27,873 nucleotides of DNA from Gemmatimonadota bacterium. GTDB lineage: Bacteria > Gemmatimonadota > Gemmatimonadetes > Gemmatimonadales > GWC2-71-9. Numbering within the stretch: position 1 is the stretch's first letter; every line of letters starts with the position of its first letter. A model generated the notes under the pieces. That model saw only the letters and a program-made list of their open reading frames with translations. It searched no databases and was not told the DNA's origin. Shown here in pieces: positions 26,754 to 27,873 of this stretch. The stretch is from positions 1 to 27,873 of the forward strand of contig JBDHDE010000073.1 in NCBI GenBank assembly GCA_039591655.1. Reading direction: 5' to 3'. The position numbers and the translations under genes are program-made.

Positions 26754-27404
26754 GTGACGTTCAGTCAGGAACAGCTCGCGCGCGCGAAACCCCTGTGGGA
26801 CACCATGCTGGCCCACCGCTTCCTGTTGGAGACACGGGATGGGACCATCCCCGACGAGCGCTTCGCCGTGTGGATGCGCCAGGACTACCTGTTCGTCGAG
26901 GCGGCGGTTCCCTTCATCGCTGCGCTACTCCCCCGGGCGCCCCGCCGGCATTGGGAGCCGCTGGCCGGCGTGATCACGGCGCTGGAGAAGGAGCTCCAGC
27001 TGTTCGAGGAGCGGGCGGCCGCCGTCGGAGTGGACCTCCGCGGGGCACCGCCATCCCTCATCAATCACGGGTATATCCAGTTCCTCATGGCGACGGCCTA
27101 CCGCGCCTCGTACGCCGAGGCGTACACCGTGCTGTACACCGCCGAGAAGGCGTACCATGACTCGTGGAAGGTGGTGCAGGCCGGGATCAGCACGGACTCG
27201 AAGTGGTATCCGTTCGTGGAGAACTGGGCCGGAGAGGCCTTTGCCCAGTACGTCGCCTACCTGGAGGCAGAGCTGGATCAGCTCGCCGCCGAGACCGGCC
27301 CGGCGGAGCGCGAGCGGATGGCCCAGTACTTCGAGCTCACCACGAAGTACGAGATCGCCTTCTGGGAGATGGCAGCCACGGGGGAGGAGTGGCCGGGGCT
27401 CTAG
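26754..27404 (+). CDS. tenA: TenA-family protein, Cys-less TenA_E type (thiamine pyrimidine salvage)
   Basis: 'HRFL...DGTI...F..WMRQDYLFV', 'LYTAEKAY' at the position of the catalytic Cys, 'YEIAFWEMA'. Confidence 0.85.
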   Translation: MTFSQEQLARAKPLWDTMLAHRFLLETRDGTIPDERFAVWMRQDYLFVEAAVPFIAALLPRAPRRHWEPLAGVITALEKELQLFEERAAAVGVDLRGAPPSLINHGYIQFLMATAYRASYAEAYTVLYTAEKAYHDSWKVVQAGISTDSKWYPFVENWAGEAFAQYVAYLEAELDQLAAETGPAERERMAQYFELTTKYEIAFWEMAATGEEWPGL

Positions 27405-27458
27405 CCCCGCCGCCGTTTAGCACCCCTCCCGTTTCCCGGCACCGAGGAGGCCAGGCAC

Positions 27459-27873
27459 GTGTCTCTGACTGACGATCTGGGACGCCCAGCGCGAGCATCC
27501 CTTCGTGCGTGGACTGGGCGACGGCTCCCTGGATGTGGAGCGGTTCAAGCACTGGGTGCTCCAGGATTACCTCTACCTCAAGGAGTTCGCCCGGATCTTC
27601 GCCTGGGCCGTGGCCAAGGCGGACCGGCTCGAGTCGATGAGCTGGTACGCCAAGGTGCTGGACCTCACGCTCAACACCGAAATGGCGCTGCACCGCGCCT
27701 ATGCGGAGCGCTTCGGGATCTCGGGTGAGGAGCTGGAGGCCACGCCGATGTGGCCCACCACCCGGGCCTACACGGACTTCCTCGTCCGCACCTCGGCCGA
27801 CGGCGACATGGCCGATCTTCTAGCTGCGCTGCTGCCCTGCGCCTGGGGGTACGTCGACATCGGCCAGTACCTG
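27459..27873 (+). pseudogene. tenA: Thiaminase II (TenA_C), frameshifted near the start and truncated by the window edge
   Basis: GAGGAGG RBS and GTG 27459 give MSLTDDL. The conserved body (IWDAQREHPFVRGLGDGSL...QDYLYL...LLPCAWGY) is in the +1 frame from 27475, which has a TGA at 27466. Confidence 0.8.

Overview
GC-rich bacterial window. The gene content (DUF5916 pair, EcxA-type metalloprotease, many lipoproteins) suggests a Gemmatimonadota-like diderm, which is an inference. It has two parts. (1) Positions 1-5405 lie downstream of the 3' end of a minus-strand tRNA-His/tRNA-Trp pair and look like an accessory island. They hold a BamA/TamA-type gene end, a DUF4136 lipoprotein bracketed by two copies of a 40-bp palindrome-containing repeat, a DUF2490-like barrel, an AspT/YidE-family antiporter, an orphan ORF and two sets of att-like tandem repeats, but no intact integrase. 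(2) Positions 5612-27873 look like core genome. They carry pabC-like, pabB-like and gpmA genes, two tandem DUF5916/CBM9-like outer-membrane paralogues that share an ECF-type promoter motif, and a VTT/TVP38 membrane protein. Next come an 825-aa fusion of PqqD/RRE-like, radical SAM, cysteine-less SPASM-like and ArsM-type methyltransferase domains, and a convergent EamA transporter. The rest is several lipoproteins, a Zn metalloprotease, a REP-like repeat cluster, a broken molybdopterin oxidoreductase and two tenA genes, the second frameshifted. The best candidate for an undescribed system is the radical SAM-ArsM fusion locus, possibly a single-polypeptide organo-arsenical or other metalloid pathway. 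The repeat-flanked single-gene cassette in the island is second. All family assignments come from motif recognition by eye; no searches were run.
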